Below are positions 39,221-48,893 of a stretch of DNA of 64,000 bases, piece after piece. Numbering within the stretch: position 1 is the stretch's first letter; each line of letters begins with the position of its first letter. A program made the translations under genes and the position numbers. The stretch covers positions 275 to 64,274 of the forward strand of contig JBGATS010000001.1 in assembly GCA_044229075.1 (NCBI GenBank), given 5' to 3'. Origin of the DNA: Minisyncoccia bacterium. Its GTDB lineage: Bacteria; Patescibacteriota; Minisyncoccia; Phycocordibacterales; UBA1006. The notes under the pieces were generated by a model. It had not been told where the DNA came from. It did no database searches and saw only the letters and a program-made list of their open reading frames with translations.

Positions 39221-39577
39221 CTACCGCAAATATCCGTTCGGAATAATATCCATAACTCTACAAGGGAAAAGTGTTACCTCTTTTACTTGTTCATCAAGAA
39301 TAAACCCAACAAGAATTTCTTGTGCTTGAACGAATTTTGCGTCAACGGTATGAATGAATGCTCGGTCGGCAGGACGAACAGCTATACTCACTCGTTTGGA
39401 AATAAGTTCCGAAGGGTCGTCTTTCTTTACGATAACCAGCTGTGCTTTTTGGTTATTTTCAGACATTACAACCTCTTGCTTAAACAGTATTTCGCAAGTA
39501 TCTATTGGAAGTATTATTGTTTCTTCTGAGATTTGAGTGAACATCACATGTTCTTTACCAATGTCTATTGTATGCAT
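39221..39577 (-). CDS. hypothetical protein
   Basis: 118-aa ORF. Confidence 0.35.
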   Translation of the reverse strand: MHTIDIGKEHVMFTQISEETIILPIDTCEILFKQEVVMSENNQKAQLVIVKKDDPSELISKRVSIAVRPADRAFIHTVDAKFVQAQEILVGFILDEQVKEVTLFPCRVMDIIPNGYLR

Positions 39578-39690
39578 AATGTACGATTTTTTGTTTGGAC
39601 ATATTATATCATATACAATTTATTTGTCAAACAAAAAACAGGGTGAAGAACCTGTTTTTTGAAATTTAAATTAGAGCTTATACATTAGCA

Positions 39691-40896
39691 TTACTCTTTC
39701 TCTTCTTTTTTCTCAAAATTCTTTCGTAATTTCATTGCAAAATCACCATCGGAATTTTTTAATACCCCTAAAGACTGTGCGTGCTGTATACCACTACTAA
39801 GTGGTAGTAATACTTTTTGTCTTGGGTTTATTCCTTGTTTATCTAACTTGTTGTGTCTATCAAAAATAATAGCAGTTTTTTCATCAATTGGTGATACATC
39901 ATTCAAATCATCTGCAACAAACTCTGGTTCGATATCTAATTCTGATTTTATTTTTTCAGATAAAATTATTGTAGGAAATAATAATTTTATCTTTTCTTCT
40001 TTAATTGCATCATCTATATAACCCTCTATTGTTTTACCTTCTCTAATGGCATATTCTTTGCTGTTGTCTTTAAATTCATCACTCCTATAATAGTTAACAT
40101 TTCTTGTTTTTTCAAGCAAGGCATCTAATTTTATCATTTTTTCTTTTAAAAAATCACTCTCTAGGAAATTTTTAGCTTTGTTTATTATTTCTTCTTTTTG
40201 ATCTACTGGAATATTATTATACATGTCTTCAATAGAGTATTTACTTGTCACATCACCTACATGATCTCCAATATTTGAAATAGCCAAAACGACACGGTTT
40301 ACTTCTGGAACCTGATCTTTAATAAGAGATACTACTTCCCCAGCGTCTACATCATCAAAAAGTCTTTTAAATTCATTACCTCGTTGTAATGAATTTGCAA
40401 CAACAGAATCAAGCTGACTTATTTCTATTCCTTTGTTTTTAAGAATATCGTTTAAAGTACCTCTCAAGTCAACTTCTCCATTGTCAGAATTTTTAAAATT
40501 AGTATTCTCTGGAAAATCATCTTCTGTTAGTTTTTTGTATCCAAATACAGCATTATAACAAGTATTATCAAGAGTAACTTTCGAATCTGAATGTTCTAAA
40601 ATCTCGTTCAAAATAACTTTTGCATTTGGCTCTTCTCCTGCTTGGAAAAGTGGTTCTATGTCTGGAAACATTTTATTATAAAGTGCATTTCCACGAAAAA
40701 TTGGGTAATATTCAAGCTCACCAAGTTTCTCTTTGTTTTCTCGATTTTCGTGATGAGCTCTTTTTGCTTCTTGATATTCTTCAGTCTGTTGCGCTTCTTC
40801 TAAAGTCTCCTGTGCTTTTTCAGGATCAGTTTTGCGAATCTCTTTTAAATCTTTCGCGAGGTTATCACGATATTCTTTTGCATTAAAATTTTCCAT
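39691..40896 (-). CDS. hypothetical acidic protein (~400 aa)
   Basis: start placed at MENFNAKEY; C8/G8 homopolymer 50 nt upstream. Confidence 0.45.
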   Translation of the reverse strand: MENFNAKEYRDNLAKDLKEIRKTDPEKAQETLEEAQQTEEYQEAKRAHHENRENKEKLGELEYYPIFRGNALYNKMFPDIEPLFQAGEEPNAKVILNEILEHSDSKVTLDNTCYNAVFGYKKLTEDDFPENTNFKNSDNGEVDLRGTLNDILKNKGIEISQLDSVVANSLQRGNEFKRLFDDVDAGEVVSLIKDQVPEVNRVVLAISNIGDHVGDVTSKYSIEDMYNNIPVDQKEEIINKAKNFLESDFLKEKMIKLDALLEKTRNVNYYRSDEFKDNSKEYAIREGKTIEGYIDDAIKEEKIKLLFPTIILSEKIKSELDIEPEFVADDLNDVSPIDEKTAIIFDRHNKLDKQGINPRQKVLLPLSSGIQHAQSLGVLKNSDGDFAMKLRKNFEKKEEKE

Positions 40897-41930
40897 ATAG
40901 TTTTTGTATAAAAAGTTAATAATAAAGTGGAGAGACAATACCATTTTACCCCCCCCCCGATACAAAGTCAATGTTATATTTTCCTTGCTATTTTTATCTA
41001 TTTTGTCAATATTCGGCAAAATCGGGGCAACCGGGAGTGGTCGCGCATTCGACACGCCCACGTATTGGCTCATTCAGAGCCTCTTAGTTCTGTTTTTGTG
41101 CGCGAGAGAGGACTTGGTCACACATAATTTTTCTGACGAAAAATTTGCTCGACCCTGCCTCGCGGCGTTCGCCTTTTCGCTTTCGCTCAAAACTCACGCA
41201 ACGCTCCAACTTTCAAGTCCTCACGTACGCAATGCAGGTTGCGTACTTCTCTAAACAAGTATACTAAAAACAGCGAAATAATCGCTGTTTTTAGTATATA
41301 GTGCCGGTACAGGAACTCAGCTTGAACTCCTCAATTCATTAGAATATATGCTCAATATGGATAAAAAGCTATCAGAATTTAGCGTATCTCTTACAGAAAT
41401 ATATGAAGGTAAGCATACAGTAAGTACACTACATATCCCTAACCTTATTTTATAGATCTTCATATTGTTCTGTATTTACACAACAATATACATATCTTGT
41501 AAATAGTTAGAAAAAAGAGTATACTTAACCATATGAACAAGAAAGATAATCTCTCTGAACTGGTCCAAATAGTGCAGGATCAGAAAAAGCCAGAACCTAA
41601 AAATGATACTCGTGTAATTACCAATGACGGGACCGTGGTTATTTTGGATACAAAATCTCCAAAAACTACATAGTTGTGTATCTACAGCATAATCTGTGTT
41701 TTTACCTCCTTAATTCCTTTGTTTTACAATGTATACGGGTAGTTGTATCTTGAACGTAGTGAAAGGTACCATACCCCAGGGAAAACGATTAAAAAGTTAC
41801 CGAAGTTTATTTCCTAAAATATCCATACATAGTAACTAAAAATTGAAAATATAGACCACACTTCGTGTAAAAATACACTTCAAAAAACTCTATTTTCTGA
41901 TATACTTTGAAGGTAAAATTTAATAAAAAA

Positions 41931-42104
41931 GACCTAACCCCTAGAAGTCATTTTAGGATATGGTCGCAAATCCAATCACGAATAAAGAACTCCTCGTCAG
42001 AGTTCCGTGATTGGTCGTGCAAGGAAACTTGTGCGGAGCCTATGGCTCGCTTCTGATGGGGAGCTTTTTGTTACCCAAATGAAGTTTAAATCCAATCACA
42101 TTTT
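41931..42104 (+). promoter_or_regulatory. conserved structured 5' leader, copy A (paralogous to 63250-63448)
   Basis: Shared gacctaacccc...tatggYgcaaatcc-X-aaaaa(c)ctcctcgtc.g.agt.c-X'-gg...ggaaac...ggggag...aaaYcc-X-ttttATGAAT. Segment X covaries between copies (aatcacg here, gctaaagtg in copy B). Confidence 0.5.
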
Positions 42105-42593
42105 ATGAATTCATTTTTTACATTTCTCCTATTAATTTCTGTAATAGGTTTCATTATTGGCTTAATTAAGCCGACGTTACTAAAACTACACTCTAGAAAA
42201 CAATCGGCTACTATTTTTGGTATAGCAATTATAATCCTTTTTATACTTGTTGGTGCAACAGCTAAAAAAGTACCGGTCCCTGTTGTTGTAGAAGAAGTAC
42301 CCAAGGTGACAGAAACTAAACCAGCTGAAACTGTAACCAGCACTACCACACCAAATACAACCAATCGTGAAAGTATCCTTGCCCTCCTAAAAACCACTGC
42401 AAAAGCAAAATGGGGAGACAATTACCAAATGGTGAAATACGAATATGATAATCAAGTAGAAGCGTATGACTGGGTTATAGCACAAACTGCGTACCCAGAT
42501 ATTATGACTACCGCAAAAAGTAAGTGGGGTAATAATTATCAGATGGTGAAGTATGAGTATGAGAACCAAGTGAAAGCATTTAAAAGTTTATAA
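42105..42593 (+). CDS. hypothetical membrane-anchored protein with Thr/Pro-rich linker and two KWGDNYQMVKYEY repeats
   Basis: N-terminal TM, internal tandem repeat. Confidence 0.45.
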   Translation: MNSFFTFLLLISVIGFIIGLIKPTLLKLHSRKQSATIFGIAIIILFILVGATAKKVPVPVVVEEVPKVTETKPAETVTSTTTPNTTNRESILALLKTTAKAKWGDNYQMVKYEYDNQVEAYDWVIAQTAYPDIMTTAKSKWGNNYQMVKYEYENQVKAFKSL

Positions 42594-42646
42594 ATAAAAA
42601 TAGCCACCTCAATTATGGGTGGCTATAATTTTTGAACATAATTCTA

Positions 42647-43135
42647 CTAAACTTCTTGCGGTGTTAATGCGATAAGTAGCGTGTTTGCCATCTTGATACC
42701 ATCGTCAGTATTTCTGAAAAACAATACGTCATCCGTAATATCCAACCAACCAACAAGTTTTTCATTTCTTAGTGGTTTACCTGAGACGATATCATTTAAG
42801 CCAGAATACTCACCGTGACCATCGTGATTAGGCGTCGTCCAGCTTTTAATTTTTTCAATATACTCATCTTTCTCAGATTTAGATATAAGTACTAAAAAGG
42901 TGGCACCACAAATTTCTTCAGTAAACAGCTCTTTATCTTTTTTATGAAAAATATTTTGAAGAGATTTAGGGATGGATCCAAATTCATATTCAGAAGCTCC
43001 CATATAATCAAAATCAACTATTTTTAGTAATTCTTTTTTTCCTTCGTTATTAAGTCCACGAAGAGGAGCAATACTGCCAAACGGATTTTCAAAACCTTTA
43101 GGAGGCATAAGTCTTTGAAGAAGATTTTTTCTCAT
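42647..43135 (-). CDS. hypothetical protein
   Basis: 162-aa ORF. Confidence 0.4.
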   Translation of the reverse strand: MRKNLLQRLMPPKGFENPFGSIAPLRGLNNEGKKELLKIVDFDYMGASEYEFGSIPKSLQNIFHKKDKELFTEEICGATFLVLISKSEKDEYIEKIKSWTTPNHDGHGEYSGLNDIVSGKPLRNEKLVGWLDITDDVLFFRNTDDGIKMANTLLIALTPQEV

Positions 43136-43266
43136 TTTTATTAATTTTTAATTTTATGAAATTTAAATATATATTAGCACGAAATAAATATAAAGTCAAC
43201 ACCATTTCATAAATTAAGCTTAGTATTTATATTCAAAAAATATCCCAAAAATGCTAAACTACCCGT

Positions 43267-44901
43267 ATGGAAAGCAATATAACCGTACAAGACCTTGCTA
43301 AACTCTTTCGTTCAGATATTGAACACAATGAAGCAACTCCTCAAACACTCAAATACGTAGTATATCTCCGTAAATCTACCGAAGAAAAAGGTAAGCAAAT
43401 CCGCTCTATTCCCGATCAAAAGAAAGAGTGTCTTGAATATGCAAAACGAGAAGGAATTAATGTTAAAGATATTGTCGTAGAAACACGATCCGCAAAAGAA
43501 AGTGGTACTCGTCCCTATTTTAAAAAAATGCTAGAGGATTTAAAAACTGGTAAATACAATGCAATCCTTGCGTGGCACCCCGATAGACTAGCTCGTAATA
43601 TGAAAGACGCGGGTGAGATTATAGATTTTTTAGATAGAGACTATATCCGTGATATGAAATTTGTCAGCTTTACCTTTTCAAATGACACGAGTGGTAAACT
43701 CTTACTCGGTATTACATTTGCAATGTCTAAAGAATACTCGGACAAGCTTTCTGATAACGTAACGCGTGGTAATACTCGAAAAATGGAAGAAGGTAAAATA
43801 GTAAGTTTTATTCCCAAAGGATATTACAAAGATAGCCGTGATTTTCCAAGACCAGACGGTGTGGCTTTTGAAGTTATTTCAAACGCCTTTCGTATGCGAC
43901 TAGAGGGTGAAACTATGGAAAGTATCGCGAAGAGTTTAAATACACAAGCACTACTCGTAAATAAAACTGCTGAAAATAAACTTGGAGTATATCGTAAACA
44001 GCAAGTAATGCGAATGTTAGAAAATCCATTTTATGCAGGTGTCTATTTACACGGAGAGAAAATAGAGATACTTGGTAATGGTTATGATTTCAAACCAATA
44101 ATTACCCCCGAAGAATATTTACTCATAAACAAGAAAACCGGAGAAAAGTCAGGTAAACTCAAACGGGTACTCCGTTTCTTTAAAAAAGAAGGAGTAAAAG
44201 CAGATCTATTACGCCAGTGTGTTTTATGTGCAGAATGTGGACACACTATGTCAGCTGGTATTATGACCAAAAAGACAAACAAAGGTATAGAGAATAGATT
44301 TCACTATCGGTGCGATCAGAAAGACTGTATATCGAGAAACAAGAATGTACGACCAAGTATCATAATTAGTTACGTAGCTGATTATATAGAAACTCACTTT
44401 AGTCCAAGTAGGGCAAAATGGGAGCATTATCAAGTAGAAGCCAAGAAAGACTTCGCACTACTCAAAAGTCGTCTTGTAGGTGAACTAACAGCTCTCACAG
44501 CCCATAAAACGGACCTTACAAACGGTATGACTGATACAAGACTAGAGTTACGTCGCTTAATAGAAGAAAATGGTAATGAGGAGCTACGAAAAGACTATGA
44601 AGTAGATTATATGAAAATGAGTAATGAACTTAAAGAGGTGGATCTTTTAATAACAGAATGTAAAGAAAAAACAAAAGAAAACCTTAAACTTCTGGACCAA
44701 ACAGAGTTTCTTGAACTTATGCAAAATCTCCCTAATTTTATTAGGAATACAAGAGATATGAAAGTTCTCGACGAAATCATTAGAAAAATCTTCTTGAACT
44801 TCACCGTAAACCAAAAAGGAGTAATAAGCTCAACACTTAATACTCCTTTCGATATGGTTTTAGGACCAAAAGTCCCATATAGTGCGCGAGAGAGGACTTG
44901 A
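43267..44901 (+). CDS. large serine recombinase (resolvase-domain + recombinase + zinc-ribbon)
   Basis: The YLRKSTEE catalytic-serine context and the resolvase N-domain match large serine recombinases. The C-terminal Cys pairs (CVLCAECGH...CDQKDC) fit a zinc-ribbon. It is paralogous to the 53397-54752 gene. Confidence 0.85.
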   Translation: MESNITVQDLAKLFRSDIEHNEATPQTLKYVVYLRKSTEEKGKQIRSIPDQKKECLEYAKREGINVKDIVVETRSAKESGTRPYFKKMLEDLKTGKYNAILAWHPDRLARNMKDAGEIIDFLDRDYIRDMKFVSFTFSNDTSGKLLLGITFAMSKEYSDKLSDNVTRGNTRKMEEGKIVSFIPKGYYKDSRDFPRPDGVAFEVISNAFRMRLEGETMESIAKSLNTQALLVNKTAENKLGVYRKQQVMRMLENPFYAGVYLHGEKIEILGNGYDFKPIITPEEYLLINKKTGEKSGKLKRVLRFFKKEGVKADLLRQCVLCAECGHTMSAGIMTKKTNKGIENRFHYRCDQKDCISRNKNVRPSIIISYVADYIETHFSPSRAKWEHYQVEAKKDFALLKSRLVGELTALTAHKTDLTNGMTDTRLELRRLIEENGNEELRKDYEVDYMKMSNELKEVDLLITECKEKTKENLKLLDQTEFLELMQNLPNFIRNTRDMKVLDEIIRKIFLNFTVNQKGVISSTLNTPFDMVLGPKVPYSARERT

Positions 44902-44965
44902 ACCTCCACCCCGTTGCCAGGACTACCACCTCAAGGTAGCTTGTCTACCAGTTTCAACACTCGCG
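44882..44965 (-). tRNA. tRNA-Leu (anticodon GAG), class II long variable arm
   Basis: Cloverleaf folded by hand: GCGCGAG acceptor, anticodon loop UUGAGGU, T-arm GGAGGTTCAAGTCCTCT. Confidence 0.8.
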
Positions 44966-45017
44966 CAATGAAGCCCAGTATACTGGGATTTATTTTTTTG
45001 TAAAGAAAAACTGCATT

Positions 45018-45467
45018 TTATGCAGTAGTTTCTGGAGTTTCTTCGATTACTTCGTCCATCATTTCTGATGCTGGTACAACCAGATCGTTTGATGATGAAA
45101 AGAAATCTTTGAAATTACGCATCTTGCGGCGGATCGCCTTGGTAACTTTATCTCGGATAAAGTATAATTTCGCACGGCGAACTTTTGCACGACGGATAAT
45201 ATCAATTTTTTCTATAGTTGGACTATAGAGTGGGAAAATTCTTTCCACCCCAACACCGTGAGAGATTTTGCGAACGGTGAATGTCGCACCTGCTTCTGTT
45301 CCATGTTTTCGAGCAATAACGAGACCTTCGAACATCTGTGTTCGAGTCTTGCCTTTTTCGACAATTTTTACATGGACGCGTACAGTATCTCCAACACGGA
45401 GATCCATCTCCTTGCGTACTGCAAGGGCTGCAGGAATGAATTGTGTATTTGTAATAACGGTATTCAT
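45018..45467 (-). CDS. rplS: 50S ribosomal protein L19 with ~30-aa acidic C-terminal extension
   Basis: start placed at MNTVITNTQ; [25 protein letters not shown] core. Confidence 0.85.
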   Translation of the reverse strand: MNTVITNTQFIPAALAVRKEMDLRVGDTVRVHVKIVEKGKTRTQMFEGLVIARKHGTEAGATFTVRKISHGVGVERIFPLYSPTIEKIDIIRRAKVRRAKLYFIRDKVTKAIRRKMRNFKDFFSSSNDLVVPASEMMDEVIEETPETTA

Positions 45468-45800
45468 AGCTGTGTGATTAAATAATAACCTGGTGACATT
45501 AGCATGGAATGGAAAAATAATCAAGTCGGTAGAAAAATCAACTCTGAAACAAAAAAAGACTGTACGAACACAGTCTTCAAATTTTAAACGTTTATAATAC
45601 TTAGTCCTTTCCAGGTCCGCCAAGAGTGTAAATATCACTCTCCTCTTGTTGTTCTGTTTTTCTAAACTCTTTTGCACATCTTTCAAGATTTTCTATGAGA
45701 AACTTGAGAAATTTTAAAGATTTTTCTTTTTCAGGAAATAGTTTTTCTATTTTTCTGGATAAATCAACTTTTTCTTTTGCCATATTATTTTTCTTTTAAT

Positions 45801-46553
45801 TTACACCGTATTAATATGTTTGTCAATTACTTGTTGAAAATCTGGTGGGAGCGGTGCCTCAACAGTAACTAACTCTTTGTCCAGATCTCTGAAGGTAATT
45901 TTGCGCGCATGGAGCGCCACTCGATCAAAATCGAGGAGTCCGACTGTTTTTGGTGAATACAATCCATCACTCAGAATGGGTCGCTGAATTGATTTCATAT
46001 GAACCCGTAATTGATGCGTTCGTCCTGTTTCTGGGAATAATGATACCATCGAGTATTTATTCCCGATATCATCGGTAAATTTCTTGTTCGTCATGTAACG
46101 AGTAACCGCAGGTCGCATCATACCACGCGCGCCACGACCAGTAGTCCACAATCGAATATCTTTTGGGTGGCGACCAATCGGTTCATTAATCATTCCACGA
46201 TCGTCTGTCCAACCTGACACAATCGCAACATATTCTTTTTTTATTGTGTGATCTTGAAACTGCTTTTTCAAGTGTTCATAGGATTCCTGTGTTTTTGCAA
46301 TAATCATTACGCCCGATGTTTCTCGATCTAATCGATGCACAATACCTGGACGATCAATGGTGACCTGTTCACCTTTATACTCTATTGATAACGGTTCCCC
46401 AACACCGGTAATTTCTGGGTATTGTTCCAAGATCCAGTCACACAACGAATATTCCTCGCGTTTCCCATCTGGATGCACTACCAAACCTGCTGGTTTATTA
46501 ATCACCAGAATGTCTGTAGTATCCAGAAGGATTTGAGGGCTGGGTTTTTCCAT
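45801..46553 (-). CDS. RluA-family pseudouridine synthase
   Basis: HRLDRETSGVMIIAKT catalytic Asp motif. Confidence 0.85.
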   Translation of the reverse strand: MEKPSPQILLDTTDILVINKPAGLVVHPDGKREEYSLCDWILEQYPEITGVGEPLSIEYKGEQVTIDRPGIVHRLDRETSGVMIIAKTQESYEHLKKQFQDHTIKKEYVAIVSGWTDDRGMINEPIGRHPKDIRLWTTGRGARGMMRPAVTRYMTNKKFTDDIGNKYSMVSLFPETGRTHQLRVHMKSIQRPILSDGLYSPKTVGLLDFDRVALHARKITFRDLDKELVTVEAPLPPDFQQVIDKHINTV

Positions 46554-46628
46554 AATGTAAAGTATGCATGAAAATAATTTTTTTACAAAAAAATAGTATA
46601 TTAATACTATTTTTTAGAATATATCTTA

Positions 46629-47990
46629 TCAAAGTGGTTTTTCTAGTTTTGAAAAATCTACTAATAATTCATTAAGTCGGTTACTAACAGGATCAGTAGT
46701 ATTATCTTCTAATAAATTTTTAATCTCTGGATATTTCCAGGAAAGTTCTGTTAACGAATTAATCATTGCGTCATATCGACGAAATACACTGTTTTGGGAA
46801 TTTTCGGCAAATTCAGAAAGAATACGACATTGATGAATAATTTGTTTCATTATCTTTAATTTTTGAGGATTTTTATAAAATGTTTCAAATAATTCTATAT
46901 TTTCTGAATTTTGTAATATTAACACTAACTCTTTTACGTCTTCCAACTGAAAACATATTAATATTTTTGGAACAATAAATTCGCTCAATAAATTTCCTTG
47001 GTAATCCATACCATATTTTATCTTTGTTTTGTATCCCTGTTGAATAGAGGAAAGTAGTCCAAAAAACTTTTGACGAAATTCCTCACTTTCAAGACCGCGA
47101 AAAGTTACGTCAATTCCAAGCCCAAGAAAATCACTCGATTCATCATGTTTTACAATTTCTAACGTACTATCAACCCCACGCTTTATATCGTCAAATTCTG
47201 AAGCGAGATTCATTTTAACCTCGTCACCAAAACATTTTACTTGATCAATAAGAAAAACCAACGCTCGTTCTGTTAATGTTGCAATTTTCTTTGCCTGTTC
47301 AAGTTTTCTCTGCTGATCTTTTTCTGGATGTTGTTTTTGGGTGAATAACTCTTTGGTTTTTTGAAGACTCTCGAAATCCTGTTTTGCCTCTTCTTCGCCG
47401 TTTTTCAACAATCCTCTCTCTGCAAATTTTGTGTAATATTCTAGACTTCCAGTATTGTTAATTGATTCTAGAAAACTAGTTTTCTTGTACAATCTTTCGA
47501 GTTCCTCTTGATTTTTAAAAATATTAGCTTTTGCAATTTCTTCATCCAAAAGGTTTGCTTCTATGATCTTTAATTGGTCTTGGCTAATTTCTGCTTGCTG
47601 TATTCCACTTAATTGAAAATATTCAGTTTTTACTTCTTGGAACACTTTTTCTACTTTTTGTTTCTTTTCTTTAATTGGTTCAGTAATAATTCCTGCGTTT
47701 CTGAGGGTGTCAATCACTTCTTCTGTATGTGCAGCTGGGTGTAGTTTTTTTATAATACCTGATATATATTCTGAAAGTTTTATAATGTTTTCTGGTGTAT
47801 CAAAAAAAGAAAAGTTGTTCATTTGTCCGGTCACGATGTATTTTTCAAAAAATTTCTTCGCAGCGAGCCACGAACTGGATGACGCTGTATCAGCGAAAAA
47901 ATTATGCGCATTCTCGATATCTTTATCAGAAAAAATATTTTGCGCGACCGACTTGTTGTTAAAAGGGTTTAAAAAATTTGAAGATAACAT
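46629..47990 (-). CDS. hypothetical protein (453 aa, helical/acidic)
   Basis: long ORF, no domain recognised. Confidence 0.45.
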   Translation of the reverse strand: MLSSNFLNPFNNKSVAQNIFSDKDIENAHNFFADTASSSSWLAAKKFFEKYIVTGQMNNFSFFDTPENIIKLSEYISGIIKKLHPAAHTEEVIDTLRNAGIITEPIKEKKQKVEKVFQEVKTEYFQLSGIQQAEISQDQLKIIEANLLDEEIAKANIFKNQEELERLYKKTSFLESINNTGSLEYYTKFAERGLLKNGEEEAKQDFESLQKTKELFTQKQHPEKDQQRKLEQAKKIATLTERALVFLIDQVKCFGDEVKMNLASEFDDIKRGVDSTLEIVKHDESSDFLGLGIDVTFRGLESEEFRQKFFGLLSSIQQGYKTKIKYGMDYQGNLLSEFIVPKILICFQLEDVKELVLILQNSENIELFETFYKNPQKLKIMKQIIHQCRILSEFAENSQNSVFRRYDAMINSLTELSWKYPEIKNLLEDNTTDPVSNRLNELLVDFSKLEKPL

Positions 47991-48055
47991 ATATTGTAAT
48001 TATATCACCTTTCAATTTTTTGTCATCCATGGTATGGTTCCATTATTGTTACCCT

Positions 48056-48127
48056 CTCCCTGTAGTTCAATGGATAGAACAGGAGACTTCTAAGCTCTTA
48101 ATAGAGGTTCGATTCCTCTCGGGGGGA
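48056..48127 (+). tRNA. tRNA-Arg (anticodon TCT)
   Basis: hand-folded cloverleaf: acceptor CTCCCTG/CGGGGGG, anticodon loop CUUCUAA, T-arm AGAGGTTCGATTCCTCT. Confidence 0.7.
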
Positions 48128-48177
48128 CTTTACTTGCAATTTCTGTGTTTTTTGCTAATATGATTATTATACCAATT

Positions 48178-48250
48178 GCGGGATTAGCTCAGTTGGTAGA
48201 GCAACTCATTTACACTGAGAAGGTCGGGGGTTCGAGTCCCTCATCCCGCA
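48178..48250 (+). tRNA. tRNA-Val (anticodon TAC)
   Basis: GCGGGAT acceptor, D-arm GCTCAGTTGGTAGAGC, anticodon loop TTTACAC, T-arm GGGGGTTCGAGTCCCTC. Confidence 0.85.
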
Positions 48251-48450
48251 CAAAACAGTATGTCTGGACGCGATAGCGTTCAGGCATTTTGTTTTGTCGC
48301 AAGGGGTAGGGACGAGAAAAACGGAGGCGGTTTACGAAATTTCGAAGTATGAGAAATTTTGTCGCCGAGTTGGGGTCGCGAGTCAAAAATCAATGAGCTC
48401 GCGAATATGATTTTTGAGACTTGTGACCGAGTCTCTCATCCCGCACAAAA
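48251..48450 (+). repeat. ~200-bp tRNA-Val-flanking mini-element ending in 23-bp copy of tRNA-Val 3' end (cgagtctctcatcccgcacaaaa)
   Basis: internal ~140 nt homologous to the element after tRNA-Ser (shared gcggtttacgaaatt.cga...gagaattttgtcgc motif; 9-bp IR near right end). Confidence 0.55.
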
Positions 48451-48476
48451 TAAAAAACCACCCAGGTGGTTTTTTA
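48451..48476. terminator. bidirectional terminator (aaccacccaggtggtt + T-run)
   Basis: seen in sequence. Confidence 0.6.
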
Positions 48477-48890
48477 TTTATTCTTAACCTCTTCCAATAT
48501 CTTGAAAATTTTATCCAGCTTATCATCCTCGATCCGTGCGAGCCTGATTTGGAGTTCTTCGATTTCTTGTTTTGCGGCAATATTAGTTTCAAAATCTGCC
48601 TGTGCCTGGGCACGATCACGATCAGATTGTCGGTTTTGAGACATCATGATAATTGGTGCCGCATATGCTGCCTGCGTTGAAAAAAGTAAATTCAAGAGAA
48701 TAAACGGAAACGGATCCCAATGCTGCATAATGCCGATCACGTTCAATGTCATCCATACCGCAACAATTATTGTCTGAATAATAATAAATTTCCATGAACC
48801 CATTCCCGACGCTACCGCATCTGCCAAACATTCACCAAAAGTTCGTTCATCAATGTATTTTTTATGCCAATTTTTTTTACGAGTTTCCAT
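48474..48890 (-). CDS. DUF1003-like membrane protein
   Basis: 2 TM helices followed by charged coiled-coil tail; family assignment from memory, moderate. Confidence 0.45.
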   Translation of the reverse strand: METRKKNWHKKYIDERTFGECLADAVASGMGSWKFIIIQTIIVAVWMTLNVIGIMQHWDPFPFILLNLLFSTQAAYAAPIIMMSQNRQSDRDRAQAQADFETNIAAKQEIEELQIRLARIEDDKLDKIFKILEEVKNK

Positions 48891-48893
48891 AAT

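Larger units (their letters stand above)
41098..44901. mobile_element. ~3.8-kb integrated element at tRNA-Leu 3' end, bounded by 19-bp direct repeats (gtgcgcgagagaggacttg at 41098-41116 and 44881-44899)
   Basis: The right repeat is the tRNA-Leu 3' end itself. The serine recombinase gene overlaps the tRNA by 20 nt. The cargo is two hypothetical genes plus a 47-aa ORF at 41533-41676. Confidence 0.65.

Noticed and set aside
45601-45783. 60-aa ORF upstream of rplS
   Set aside because: It overlaps the spurious N-terminal extension of the L19 ORF and has no RBS or conservation evidence, so it is left uncalled.
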